Source: Eledone cirrhosa (taxonomy: Eukaryota). Taken from it: a stretch of 64,000 nt of DNA. The translations under genes were made by a program, and so were the position numbers. The stretch lies in assembly GCA_964016885.1 (NCBI GenBank), contig OZ024747.1, positions 77,500,001 to 77,564,000 of the forward strand. Reading direction: 5' to 3'. The notes beneath the pieces were generated by a model, which ran no database searches, was not told the origin of the DNA, and was given only the letters and a program-made list of their open reading frames with translations. Positions 51,961 through 64,000 of the stretch are shown piece after piece (the first letter of the stretch is position 1; the number at the start of each line of letters is the position of its first letter).

Positions 51961-52992
51961 ATGGATTTAGGAGAGGTAGATCAACACTTAAAATCATCGC
52001 GGCCATACGTGTAATGTATACAGATACCAAATCAACTGTCCTGACCCAGATGGGGAAACACCACTTTTCTCAATCCTCGCTGGAATTTTACAGGGCGATA
52101 CCCTTGCTCCGTATCTATTTATCATTGTTGTGGATTATGTTTTGCGCATGTCTGTGGATAGGATTCAGGATAGGGGATACCAACTACAGCCTAGGAGAAG
52201 CTCACGCTACCCAGCAAAATACTTGACCGACACCGACTTTGCTGACGACATCGCATTGATCAGTCGGTCACTGGAAAATTCTGAGTCTTTTGAAGTCATT
52301 AGAGCAAGCGTCCAACTGTGTTGGACTGTACCTCAACAAATCCAAGACTGAGTATGTGAACAGATGCGCAAACAGCCCAAACTACCCATCAGAACCCTTA
52401 ATGGTACCACCCTTAAGCAGGTGGAAGATTACAAGTATCTTGGCTCATATATCTCCTCCTCCAAAAAAGATTTTCTAACCAGGAAGGGTATGGCATGGTC
52501 AGCGTGCAATGACATGCACGCCATATGGACATCTCAACTTACCAACAAGCTAAAACTGGAAATATTCCAAGCAACCATTAAGCCCATATTACTTTATGGA
52601 TCCGAAACTTGGACACTAACATCACAACTTGAGAGGAGATTGGATGGCACATATACCCGCCTCTTAATGAGAGTGCAAAATCTATCCTGGAAACGACATC
52701 CCACCTTGTCTAAAATCTATGGCAAACTCCCTCGAGCCTTTGCCCTTCTAAAATCCCGGAGAGCTCAATTTGCTGGCCACTGTCACCGTGCCAACAATGA
52801 AATCATATCCGCTCTCTTGCTCTGGAACCCTGACTCCAGCCTGACTAGGAGTAGGAAGCTGTCATTCCCTGACGTTATCTCTAGGGGTACGGGAATCAGT
52901 AGACAGGACCTGGGGGCAGCGATGGGGGACAGGGAATTCTGGGGCATGAGAGTGAGATCCATCATCTCGACAGTAGTCGACGAATGCTGATG
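51961..52992 (+). mobile_element. RTE-clade LINE, 5' truncated, frameshifted RT C-terminal half
   Basis: QGDTLAPYLF, DTDFADDIAL, YKYLGS, LLYGSETWTL; TSD AGTAAAAGA at 51952-51960 / 52993-53001. Confidence 0.9.
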
Positions 52993-53128
52993 AGTAAAAG
53001 ACGCGGTGATAGTAATCAATGTGGTAGCCATAGTGATGGCGGTGTTTTGATAACAACGTCGACTATGGAGGATGTCAAAAATAAACATGTTCAAACTATT
53101 GCGTAAAGATTATATTAGTAGGTGTGTG

Positions 53129-53209
<81 letters not shown>

Positions 53210-53366
53210 CTCTTATGTTTTCTAAATATTTATTAGTAACCATACAGCGCCTTCGTCACATTTTAATTCATATATATATATGTATGTGTGTATGTATGTA
53301 TGTATGTATGTATGTATGTATGTATGTATGTATGTATGTATGTATGTATGTATGTATGTATGTATG

Positions 53367-53397
<31 letters not shown>

Positions 53398-53642
53398 GTA
53401 TGTATATATATATATATATATATGTGTATGTATGTGTGTGTACATATATATATGTATGTGTGTATGTAAGTATGTATATATATATGTGTGTGTGTGTGTG
53501 AGTGAGTGTGTGTATGTATGTATGTGTGTATGTATGTATGTGTGTAAGTATGTATATATATATATATGTGTGTGTGTATGTGTGTGTATATATATATATG
53601 TGTGTATGTGTGTATATATATGTATGTATGTATATATATATG

Positions 53643-53722
<80 letters not shown>

Positions 53723-53859
53723 CGTGTTTGTGTGTCTGTACACATACAACGAAAGGCCCATTTGCAGGGCAGCTAAAATGAAGTGGGTCCACCGTTCTCT
53801 TTCACTAATTACCACACACACACACACATACACACACACACATACATACACACGCATAC

Positions 53860-54471
53860 ATGGTGGCTGCCAACTTGTTTTCGAGTACGGCCACTACTTT
53901 ATATCCATGTAGGAGAACTCCTACCGATGCGCTGAACGAGTGTGACATTTTAGTCCAGCCAGCGACTTGAAAACTCTGGTACAAACACTACACTTGTGAC
54001 AATTATTGACACATAGTGCTGGGCCCATGGTACCATGTGACGACAAGTGCAGAGAGATCTCCAGATATAAAGCAATGCCTGTGCCGTGAAGCTTTTATAG
54101 CGAGCAAAGGCACTGCACAAAGCCAGTCCCACTCTCTTAGCCAAGATGATATTTACCAAAAAGAAGAACAAGTCAACATCATTGGATACCATCAGGGTTG
54201 CAGGTGTTATATCAGAGTTTTCATTCTCCTAGAATTCTGCCTTGACAAAGGCTAAGGGGTCATCTCTCCCGGTGATTATGGATGGCAATTGACTCTTAAG
54301 AGTTCCTTTGCCCTTTGACAGGTTTTGATTTTAGTCCTGCAGGATGTCCAAAGTCACCCTCCTCGCCAAGAAACCTTGGTGGGGTTGCCAGTTTAGTCAC
54401 CAACGACCACCCGACCACGAGACAGGTTGTACAGGGATACATGTTACCAGTAGCACCAACTGGTGACCTGA
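53860..54471 (-). mobile_element. Short non-autonomous RTE-like retroelement, copy 2
   Basis: Near-collinear with 2067-2662; flanked by (CATA)n/(CA)n. Confidence 0.6.
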
Positions 54472-54682
54472 CACGCATACATACATACATACATACATAC
54501 ATACATACATACATACATACATACATACATACATACATACATACATACACGCTTGTATATGTATGTACGTGTGAGAGTATATGGGTGTATGTGTGAGTGT
54601 ATCTGGGTGTATGTATGTGTGTGTGTATATATATAGTGACGAAACATAAGTCAATTGTATGAAGTCATAATCCTTTATTTAC

Positions 54683-54734
54683 CGCTATATATATTTCGAT
54701 GATAGCCATTGTATGGCTATGACCTCATCAAGCA
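54683..54734 (-). ncRNA. Minimal hammerhead (C3U variant); further copies at ~59559-59611 (-) and 59666-59715 (+)
   Basis: Minus strand TGC-TTGATGA-GGTC-ATAGCCA-TACAA-TGGCTAT-CATC-GAAA-TATATA-TA-GCG. Confidence 0.6.
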
Positions 54735-54980
54735 TTTAGTAAGTTCTTAGATATGCCAGCTCTGGGTTTTTGGTGTTGATGGTTTTAGAGCCTTGGGACA
54801 TATGGTGATGGTTGTCATGGTGATGGTTGTCATGGTGATGATAGACAAAGTAGTAAAAGACGCGGTGATAGTAATCAATGTGGTAGCCATAGTGATGGCG
54901 GTGTTTTGATAACAACGACGATTATGGAGGATGTCATAAATAAACATGTTCAAACTATTGTGTAAAGATTATATTAGTAG

Positions 54981-55048
<68 letters not shown>

Positions 55049-55157
55049 CTCTTATGTTTTCTAAATATTTATTAGTAACCATACAGCGCCTTCGTCACAT
55101 TTTAATTCATATATATATATGTATGTGTGTGTGTGTGTGTGTATGTATGTGTGTAAG

Positions 55158-55234
<77 letters not shown>

Positions 55235-55347
55235 ATGTGTGTATATATATATATATGTATGTATGTATGTAAGTATGTATATATATATATATATATGTGT
55301 GTGTGTATGTGTGTATATATATATATATATGTATGTATGTATGTAAG

Positions 55348-55428
<81 letters not shown>

Positions 55429-55434
<6 letters not shown>

Positions 55435-55770
55435 ATACTTTGGGAGGGTCATGTTGCCAATAAGAAACACACGCACCAGAAACTAAATGGCGTAGGACAG
55501 AACAAAGGAGAGGCACAAAAACAAAGAAAAGAATCCTCAGTCACTGATGAGGTCACAGAATGTGTGACGAAAGAACTTTAACAATATATAAACAACCATC
55601 TGGTTGTGGAACCAACCAACCAACCGGAAATTTATAAATTCCTAAATTTATAAATTTATTATAATTAATTGAAGTGAAAGCAACTGGTGCATGTGTTTCT
55701 TATTGGCAACATGACCCTCCCAAAGTATAACAATATCGGTTTCAACACACGTTTTCAGATAAAGAATCTT
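55429..55770 (+). mobile_element. Short hammerhead-bearing element with ~50-bp inverted duplication (55429-55478 / 55684-55733)
   Basis: Motif at 55540-55582: GTCA-CTGATGA-G-GTCACA-GAATG-TGTGAC-GAAA-GAAC-TT-TAAC. Confidence 0.65.
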
Positions 55771-55836
55771 GCTAAACAAATTCAGAAACGAAATATATAT
55801 ATGTGTGTGTGGTGTGTGTGTATGTATGTGTGTAAG

Positions 55837-55885
<49 letters not shown>

Positions 55886-55886
55886 A

Positions 55887-55931
<45 letters not shown>

Positions 55932-55962
55932 ATATGTATATATATATGTGTGTGTGTGTATG

Positions 55963-56028
<66 letters not shown>

Positions 56029-56181
56029 GTATGTGTGTATATATGTATATATATATATGTGTGTGTGTATGTATGTGTGTACAAATCGGAAGAACAATGC
56101 AATGATTATTAGTATAAGGCTTGATACATTAGGTAAGCAGTCAATAAGTTTATATAAACATATATACTAAGAAGCAATGAT

Positions 56182-56254
56182 GGCTCCTTAGCTACATGGT
56201 TAAATCGTCTGGCTGGTATCTGGGAGATATGAGGTTCAATCTCTCATAGCAGCC
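56182..56254 (+). pseudogene. tRNA-Thr-like pseudogene (first array unit, near-complete cloverleaf, anticodon GGT)
   Basis: Acceptor GGCTCCT/AGCAGCC (6 of 7 pairs), anticodon loop CTGGTAT, T arm TGAGG-TTCAATC-TCTCA; resembles metazoan tRNA-Thr(AGT). Confidence 0.6.
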
Positions 56255-58910
56255 TTAGCTACATGGTTAAAACGTCTGGCTAGTATCTGGGAGATATGAG
56301 ATTCAATCTCTCATAGCAGCCTTAGCTACATGGTTAAATCGCCTGGCTGGTATCTGGGAGATATGAGGTTCAATCTCTCATAGCAGCCTTAGCTACATGG
56401 TTAAATCGTCTGGCTGGTATCTGGGAGATATGAGGTTCAATCTCTCATAGCAGCCTTAGCTACATGGTTAAAACGTCTGGCTAGTATCTAGGAGATATGA
56501 GATTCAATCTCTCATAGCAGCCTTAGCTACATGGTTAAAACGTCTGGCTGGTATCTAGGAGGTATGAGGTTCAATCTCTCATTGCGGCCTTAGCTACATG
56601 GTTAAATCGTCTGGCTGGTATCTGGGAGATATGAGGTTCAATCTCTCATAGCAGCCTTAGCTACATGGTTAAATCGTCTGGCTGGTATCTAGGAGATATG
56701 AGGTTCAATCTCTCATTGCGGCCTTAGCTACATGGTTAAAGCGTCTGGCTGGTATCTGGGAGATATGAGGTTCAATCTCTCATAGCAGCCTTAGCTACAT
56801 GGTTAAAACGTCTGGCTGGTATCTAGGAGATATGAGGTTCAATCTCTCATTGCGGCCTTAGCTACATGGTTAAATCGTCTGGCTGGTATCTGGGAGATAT
56901 GAGATTCAATCTCTCATAGCAGCCTTAGCTACATGGTTAAAACGTCTGGCTGGTATCTAGGAGATATGAGGTTCAATCTCTCATTGCGGCCTTAGCTACA
57001 TGGTTAAATCGTCTGGCTGCTATCTAGGAGATATGAGATTCAATCTCTCATAGCAGCCTTAGCTACATGGTTAAAACGTCTGGCTAGTATCTGGGACATA
57101 TGAGATTCAATCTCTCATAGCAGCCTTAGCTACATGGTTAAATCGTCTGGCTGGTATCTGGGATATATGAGGTTCAATCTCTCATAGCAGCCTTAGCTAC
57201 ATGGTTAAATCGTCTGGCTGGTATCTGGGAGATATGAGGTTCAATCTCTCATAGCAGCCTTAGCTACATGGTTAAAACGTCTGGCTGGTATCTAGGAGAT
57301 ATGAGGTTCAATCTCTCATTGCGGCCTTAGCTACATGGTTAAAACCTCTGGCTGGTATCTGGGAGATATGAGGTTCAATCTCTCATTGCGGCCTTAGCTA
57401 TATGGTTAAAACGTCTGGCTGGTATCTAGGAGATATGAGGTTCAATCTCTCATTGCGGCCTTAGCTACATGGTTAAAACGTCTGGCTAGTATCTGGGACA
57501 TATGAGATTCAATCTCTCATAGCAGCCTTAGCTACATGGTTAAATCGTCTGGCTGGTATCTGGGAGATATGAGGTTCAATCTCTCATAGCAGCCTTAGCT
57601 ACATGGTTAAAACGTCTGGCTGGTATCTAGGAGATATGAGATTCAATCTCTCATAGCAGCCTTAGCTACATGGTTAAATCGTCTGGCTGGTATCTGGGAG
57701 ATATGAGGTTCAATCTCTCATAGCAGCCTTAGCTACATGGTTAAAACGTCTGGCTGGTATCTAGGAGATATGAGGTTCAATCTCTCATTGCGGCCTTAGC
57801 TACATGGTTAAAACGTCTGGCTGGTATCTGGGAGATATGAGGTTCAATCTCTCATAGCAGCCTTAGCTACATGGTTAAATCGTCTGGCTGGTATCTGGGA
57901 GATATGAGGTTCAATCTCTCATAGCAGCCTTAGCTACATGGTTAAAACGTCTGGCTAGTATCTAGGAGATATGAGATTCAATCTCTCATAGCAGCCTTAG
58001 CTACATGGTTAAAACGTCTGGCTGGTATCTAGGAGGTATGAGGTTCAATCTCTCATTGCGGCCTTAGCTACATGGTTAAATCGTCTGGCTGGTATCTGGG
58101 AGATATGAGGTTCAATCTCTCATAGCAGCCTTAGCTACATGGTTAAATCGTCTGGCTGGTATCTAGGAGATATGAGGTTCAATCTCTCATTGCGGCCTTA
58201 GCTATATGGTTAAAACGTCTGGCTGGTATCTAGGAGATATGAGGTTCAATCTCTCATAGCACCCTTAGCTACATGGTTAAAACGTCTGGCTGGTATCTAG
58301 GAGATATGAGGTTCAATCTCTCATAGCAGCCTTAGCTACATGGTTAAAACGTCTGGCTGGTATCTAGGAGATATGAGGTTCAATCTCTCATAGCAGCCTT
58401 GGCTACATGGTTAAATCGTCTGGCTGGTATCTGGGAGATATGAAGTTCAATCTCTCATAGCAGGCTTAGCTACATGGTTAAATCGTCTGGCTGGTATCTG
58501 GGAGATATGAAGTTCAATCTCTCATAGCAGGCTTAGCTACATGGTTAAATCGTCTGGCTGGTATCTGGGAGATATGAGGTTCAATCTCTCATAGCACCCT
58601 TAGCTACATGGTTAAAACGTCTGGCTGGTATCTGGGAGATATGAGGTTCAATCTCTCATAGCAGCTTTAGCTACATGGTTAAATCGTCTGGCTGGTATCT
58701 GGGAGATATTAGGTTCAATCTCTCATAGCAGCTTTAGCTACATGGTTAAATCGTCTGGCTGGTATCTGGGAGATATGAGGTTCAATCTCTCATAGCAGCT
58801 TTAGCTACATGGTTAAATCGTCTGGCTGGTATCTAGGAGATATGAGGTTCAATCTCTAATAGCACCCTTAGCTACATGGTTAAATCGTCTGGAAGGTATG
58901 AGGTTCAATC
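56182..58910 (+). repeat. Tandem array of a 67-bp tRNA-Thr-derived unit, ~41 copies
   Basis: Unit AGCCTTAGCTACATGGTTAAA(T/A)CGTCTGGCT(G/A)GTATCT(G/A)GGAGATATGAGGTTCAATCTCTCATAGC with A box, B box, anticodon arm and T arm. Confidence 0.9.
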
Positions 58911-59024
58911 TGTCGGCCAATGGCAACTTCCTTTTTCTGATTTTAAGGGTGTTCGCTCTATGTTATAAGCTATAATTATAGTAACTCTACGTTTAAGCAC
59001 ATCTTTCTTTATACTTATATATAT

Positions 59025-59115
<91 letters not shown>

Positions 59116-59362
59116 TGTGTGTGTGTGTGTGTGAGTGTGTGTGTGTGTGTGTGTGTGCACATACAACGAAAGGGCCATTTGCAGGGCAGCCAAAATGAAG
59201 CGGGTCCACCGTTCTCTTTCACTAATTACCACACACACACACATACATACATACATACATACACGCTTGTATATGTATGTACTTGTGAGGGTATATGGGT
59301 GTATGTGTGAGTGTATCTGGGTGTAGGTGTGTGTGCGTGTGTGTGTATATATATATGGGAGG

Positions 59363-59415
<53 letters not shown>

Positions 59416-59508
59416 CGAAGGAAATGTGGTAAGGAACCAGGTGGACCATAACGCACCAAAGTACTCAATACTTGAGGTAGTAGAGTGGGTAATCGTATGT
59501 ATATATAT

Positions 59509-59766
59509 ATAGTGAGGAAACATAAGTCAATTGTATGAACTCATAATCCTTTATTTACCGCTATATATATTTTGATGATAGCCATTGTATAGCTATGACC
59601 TCATCAAGCAGTTAGTAAGTTCTTAGATATGCCAGCTCTGGGATTTTGGTGTTGATGGTTTTAGAGCCTGATGAGGTCATAGCCATACAATGGCTATCAT
59701 CGAAATATATATAGCGGTAAATAAAGGATTATGAGTTCATACAATTGACTTATGTTTCGTCACTAT
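59509..59766. mobile_element. Inverted pair (~100-bp arms) of a hammerhead-bearing pLTR-like element
   Basis: ~59509-59607 is the reverse complement of ~59669-59766; the plus copy reads GC-CTGATGA..GAAA-TATATA-TA-GC. Confidence 0.8.
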
Positions 59767-59883
59767 TATAACAAAAGTAGGAACAATTATTATTATATAT
59801 ATCAAGTAAGAATATTTTCGAAACAGCGAGTGGGTTTGAAATTATTAGAAATGTAAGCTATCACCCTATTTTGACTAAAGAAA

Positions 59884-60020
59884 TTAAAGAAATTATTTAG
59901 CCTGATAGTGGGGTTAAGAACCCTCTCAGAAATGGAAAAAGATGAGTATTGACGTACACATCTTTGTCCATTTCTCCGAGGGTTCTTAACCCCACTATCA
60001 GGCTAAATAATTTCTTTAAT
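59884..60020. repeat. Imperfect hairpin/inverted repeat
   Basis: TTAAAGAAATTATTTAGCCTGATAGTGGGGTTAAGAACCCTC..GAGGGTTCTTAACCCCACTATCAGGCTAAATAATTTCTTTAA. Confidence 0.9.
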
Positions 60021-60021
60021 A

Positions 60022-60090
<69 letters not shown>

Positions 60091-60094
<4 letters not shown>

Positions 60095-60530
60095 GTTTCT
60101 ACTTTTGGCTCTAGGCCAACAATTACTCAGTACATTACTGGTACTTTATTTTATCGACCCAGTAAGGATGAAAGGCAAAGTTGACCTCGGCGGGACTTGA
60201 ACTCACAAGGACGATTAGATCAGCCTTCATTATGTTTATTTATTTATGATGCACGTTTTGCTATTGATCAGCTGAAGGCTCGATCTATATCGATCAATAG
60301 CAAAACGAGCGTCACCAATCAATCGTCCTTGTATCATTATATTTTTGGCAGTATCAGTAGAGAGTCGGACGCCATGCTTTTCAGCAGAAAGTTACGGCCC
60401 TTTATGGTCTGAGTTCAAATCCCGCCGAGGTTAACTTTGCCTTTCATCTTTACGGGGTCGATAAAATAAAGTACCAGTAATACACTGGGATAATTGCTGG
60501 CCTTGTGTCAAACGTAGAAACAATTATTAT
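60091..60530. mobile_element. Divergent pair of SINE family 1 copies (60091-60205 minus, 60346-60530 plus) around a small inverted repeat
   Basis: Both match the SINE consensus; the spacer has CAAGGACGATT..AATCGTCCTTG ends related to the 33-180 family. Confidence 0.85.
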
Positions 60531-60648
60531 ATTGTAATATAATAATTGTTTCTAGCTCTACACCTCGCTACCGACGTGAGCCTAAACATCGAGTGCTCAC
60601 CTGGGTGAACCTACAGTAACTGCGCGTTACACTGCCTGGATATATATA

Positions 60649-61493
60649 CTAGCATTAAAGCCCGGTGTTGCTCGGGGTCAGTAAGTTACCAAAGTTAGGT
60701 TGCACCCCCTATTTTATGGCAGCACTTTTTTGTCTGCCAGGCACTGGGTGAATGAATTTCAGACCTGGGCTGCCGAATTAGGAGCTGCATCAGCAGTGAC
60801 AATTGTAGTTTTGCCTATGGATATTATCTCTGTGCAAAGTGTTGAAATTTATTGTTTCACGGTACTTGCGCAACACGCGCGTAGACGATGCCAGCCGAAC
60901 AACAGAGCTGCGATGGAGTTGTTCTGCATGGTTGTCTAATGTGTGTTTTCTAAATTTAAGACTGTAGGGAGAGGTGTGATATGGGGGAGAGTTAGCTGCT
61001 GTTTCTAGCAGGTTTAGTGACCTCATAGAGGATATTATTGTGTATAGTAAATAAACTGATACTTCTTTCTACCACGTTCGTTGGGAGATGTTTTAAAAAA
61101 GATTTATCGCTATTTTTTGTTGTTGTTGAATAAATTGATCTGTTGCTTTTGAATAATTGTTGTTTCGTATGAAATGTAATAAGTTCTCTTTGTCATTGAA
61201 GTAAATAAATGTTTGACCGTTCCACACTCAAAAACAAACGTTCTCTCTCTCTCTCTCACTCTCTTCTCTCTCCTTTATTTCTTTCTCTCTTCTTTCTTCG
61301 ACGTTCCTAAAGGAAGTTTGTAAGTTTAAGCGTATATAAGAGAAAGTTGCAGCATGTATTTAGTTTTATCGATTATTTCCGTGATTGTGGGTGAGTTTGA
61401 AATAAATAAATAGCCGTTGACCATTTACAACATTCTTACAGACTTTGAGTCGAATTGGTTTGAAATTGTGCAAATGTATAAACATGGAACATG

Positions 61494-61536
<43 letters not shown>

Positions 61537-61560
61537 CAGCAATCTGCCTTTTATATATAA

Positions 61561-61563
<3 letters not shown>
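60649..61563 (-). mobile_element. Non-autonomous Helitron
   Basis: Minus strand A|TCATTATATATAAAA..(GT)n..; 3' hairpin CCCGAGCAACACCGGG, then CTAG|T; inserted between A and T with no TSD. Confidence 0.72.
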
Positions 61564-61618
<55 letters not shown>

Positions 61619-61711
61619 GAAAATGTTCAAGACCCCGACGGTATAGCTCAAGCCGTCGAAGCGGCTTGAGCTCTGCCGTCGGGGTCTTGAACGTTTTCCT
61701 ATTTCCCACTC

Positions 61712-61843
61712 ATGGTCCACACTTCCTGAAACTCGCGGAGGACCATGACAAGTGGAGAGATGCTGTGCTGAATAGAACCCGTCCAATCCTTGCAAGCAGG
61801 GAAAAGCGGACGTAAAAATGATGATGATGATGATGATGATGAT
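61712..61843 (+). mobile_element. RTE-like LINE extreme 3' end with (ATG)n tail
   Basis: LAEDHDKWRDAV..stop, then (ATG)n. Confidence 0.6.
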
Positions 61844-61844
61844 A

Positions 61845-62344
<500 letters not shown>

Positions 62345-62345
<1 letters not shown>

Positions 62346-62480
62346 AACCGCATGTGGTTGACAGCAGAGAGAAAAGGGTGCTCAATACCAGTTATAATAT
62401 TAATTTTATTAAGGCTAAATACTGAGTGTTGTTACTCTGGAGTTTCGCTTGTTTATGACGGGGCCATCAGACAAGAATAT
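62345..62480 (-). mobile_element. pLTR-like remnant with degenerate hammerhead; family of 4521-4752
   Basis: Minus strand GTCTGATGG-CCCCG..CAAGC-GAAA-CTCCAGAG..CTGCTGTCAACCACATGCGG. Confidence 0.55.
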
Positions 62481-62819
62481 TATTGTCTAATGACCCTTCT
62501 CGGCAAAGCTGTTCTGCTAGAGAGCGGGTCACTGGTGAGGGATAGCGATACGGCCACCAGATATGATGGATAGTTGCGACTTAAGCAGCCAACTGCCGGA
62601 CGAATAAGCAATCCCGGACCAACAGCAGTAAACTACTAGGGGAGATAGTACAATGTGTGACACGTGTAGCTCCCAAGAAAACTCTCACAACACAGTGACA
62701 TAGCTATGACGAGGCGAGTAAAGGCTGCCGCTAAAATAACCTAGCCTTCATGGGTTTGACAAAGTACCAGATAGGGGACTGGCGCAAATAAGGCCACAGA
62801 AAAAGTCATTATTATCATT

Positions 62820-63300
62820 GGACGCTAGATTGGCAGAATCGGTAGAGCGTCGAACAAAATGCTTTGCAATATATAGTTACGTCCCTTTACGTTCTGAGTT
62901 CAAATCCCGCCGAGGTTAGCTTTGCCTTTCATCCTTACGGGGTCGATAAAATAAAGTACCAGTCATGCACTGGGGTCGATTTAGTCGACTTTCCTCTTCC
63001 CTTCAAATTGCTGGCCTTGTGCGTAAAGTAGAAACAACTATTATTATTATTAATAAATAAATAATAAATAAATAAATAAATAAATAAATCATTATTATTA
63101 TTATTATTATTGGCTGTATCGGTAGAGGGTCGGACGCCTTGCTTTCCAGCATAGAGTTACGTCCCTTTACGATCTGAGTTCAAATCCCGCTGAGGTTGAC
63201 TTTGCCTTTCATGCTTACGGGGTCGATAAAATGAAGTACCAGTAATGCACTGGGTAATTGCTGACCTTGTGCCTAAAGTAGAAACAATTATTATTATTAT
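62820..63300 (+). mobile_element. Two SINE family 1 copies (62820-63050 long form; 63111-63300 short form)
   Basis: The first retains the internal GGGGTCGATTTAGTCGACTTTCCTCTTCCCTTC segment that most other copies lack. Confidence 0.9.
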
Positions 63301-63307
63301 TAATGTT

Positions 63308-64000
63308 GCCAGGCACTCACTGCCCTCTACCAAGCGGGCAATGCGATCAGTGGAACTTCCACTCTCGAGTTTTATAGAGGATTAGTGGTGGGCAAGTGCG
63401 ATGACGCACTCGGAGAAGCTTTGGGCCTCGACGAAGTCGAACTGACCAGTCTGTACCGGAGGACTTTTGACCGGGGACGATGGACAATTTCCAGAAATCC
63501 CTCGCTTGGCAGTGCTACCGGGGGGCACTGCCGGTTCGGGATAAACTCTACAGGCATGGAAGTGCTGTCAGACGGACCTGCCCAAGATGCGCACAGAACG
63601 ACGAAACCGTTCTGCACGCACTTGTCCAATGTCCGTGCATTACTGACTTGTGGAGTTATGTCGAACAGCTACTGTCGCGTGTGGAACGAATCCAGTTATC
63701 GGCCGAGTCCATAGTGAAGATCGAGCCGCCACCTTCCTTAGGTCAGGAAGAGCAGGACATTTTCCTCTGTCTGGTGGCAGTTGCGAAAGAGATTATATGG
63801 TGGACCAGGTTGAAAGGACTAAAGACAGACACTTTTCTCTTCGGCCAATCCCTCATCAACTTCTTCAAGTTTCACCTGGAAAGGAGGGTGAGGGTGGAGA
63901 GAGAAGTGCTGCCCCCCCAGTACATTTGCTAAAAGGTGGGTGAATGTGGCGAGAATGGCTCGTGTGAATGGGCCTACTCTGACCATGCGCCTATAGGCTA
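63308..64000 (+). mobile_element. Tx1 element E, 5' truncated ORF2 C-terminus, runs off the window
   Basis: MDNFQKSLAWQCYRGALPVRDKLYRHG..CPRC..HALVQC; starts just after a SINE (ATT)n tail. Confidence 0.9.

Noticed and set aside
54380-54471. HDV-like or twister ribozyme at the 5' end of the RTE-like element
   Set aside because: Some pairings exist, but the required P1.1/P4/J4-2 or twister motifs could not be placed.
56182-58910. CRISPR array or functional tRNA gene cluster
   Set aside because: No unique spacers or cas genes and a eukaryotic context; internal units lack a proper acceptor stem and terminators.

Overview
Repeat-saturated eukaryotic (animal) DNA with no host gene I can support. 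The dominant tRNA-derived SINE resembles the abundant octopus SINEs as I recall them, so an octopod cephalopod is likely (inference). Contents: two near-full-length but degraded L1/Tx1-clade LINEs plus four truncated pieces; R4/Dong-type RLE non-LTR elements; RTE fragments and a short non-autonomous RTE-like element; about 20 tRNA-derived SINEs; a non-autonomous Helitron; many microsatellites; and four large tandem arrays (21, 45, 30 and 67 bp units). Three signals stand out. (1) About a dozen minimal type-I hammerhead ribozyme motifs from several unrelated short non-coding element families (Penelope pLTR-like), usually in inverted or palindromic arrangements next to (AT)n/(CA)n tracts. (2) A ~41-copy head-to-tail array of a tRNA-Thr-derived 67-mer, mostly with a G34 (GGT) anticodon. 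(3) A group of elements piled up at (ATT)n/(AAT)n tracts (Tx1 LINEs, Dong-like LINEs and a SINE whose 3' end matches the Tx1 3' end). The very long ORFs at 14.9-16.1 kb and 34.7-50.4 kb are satellite artefacts.
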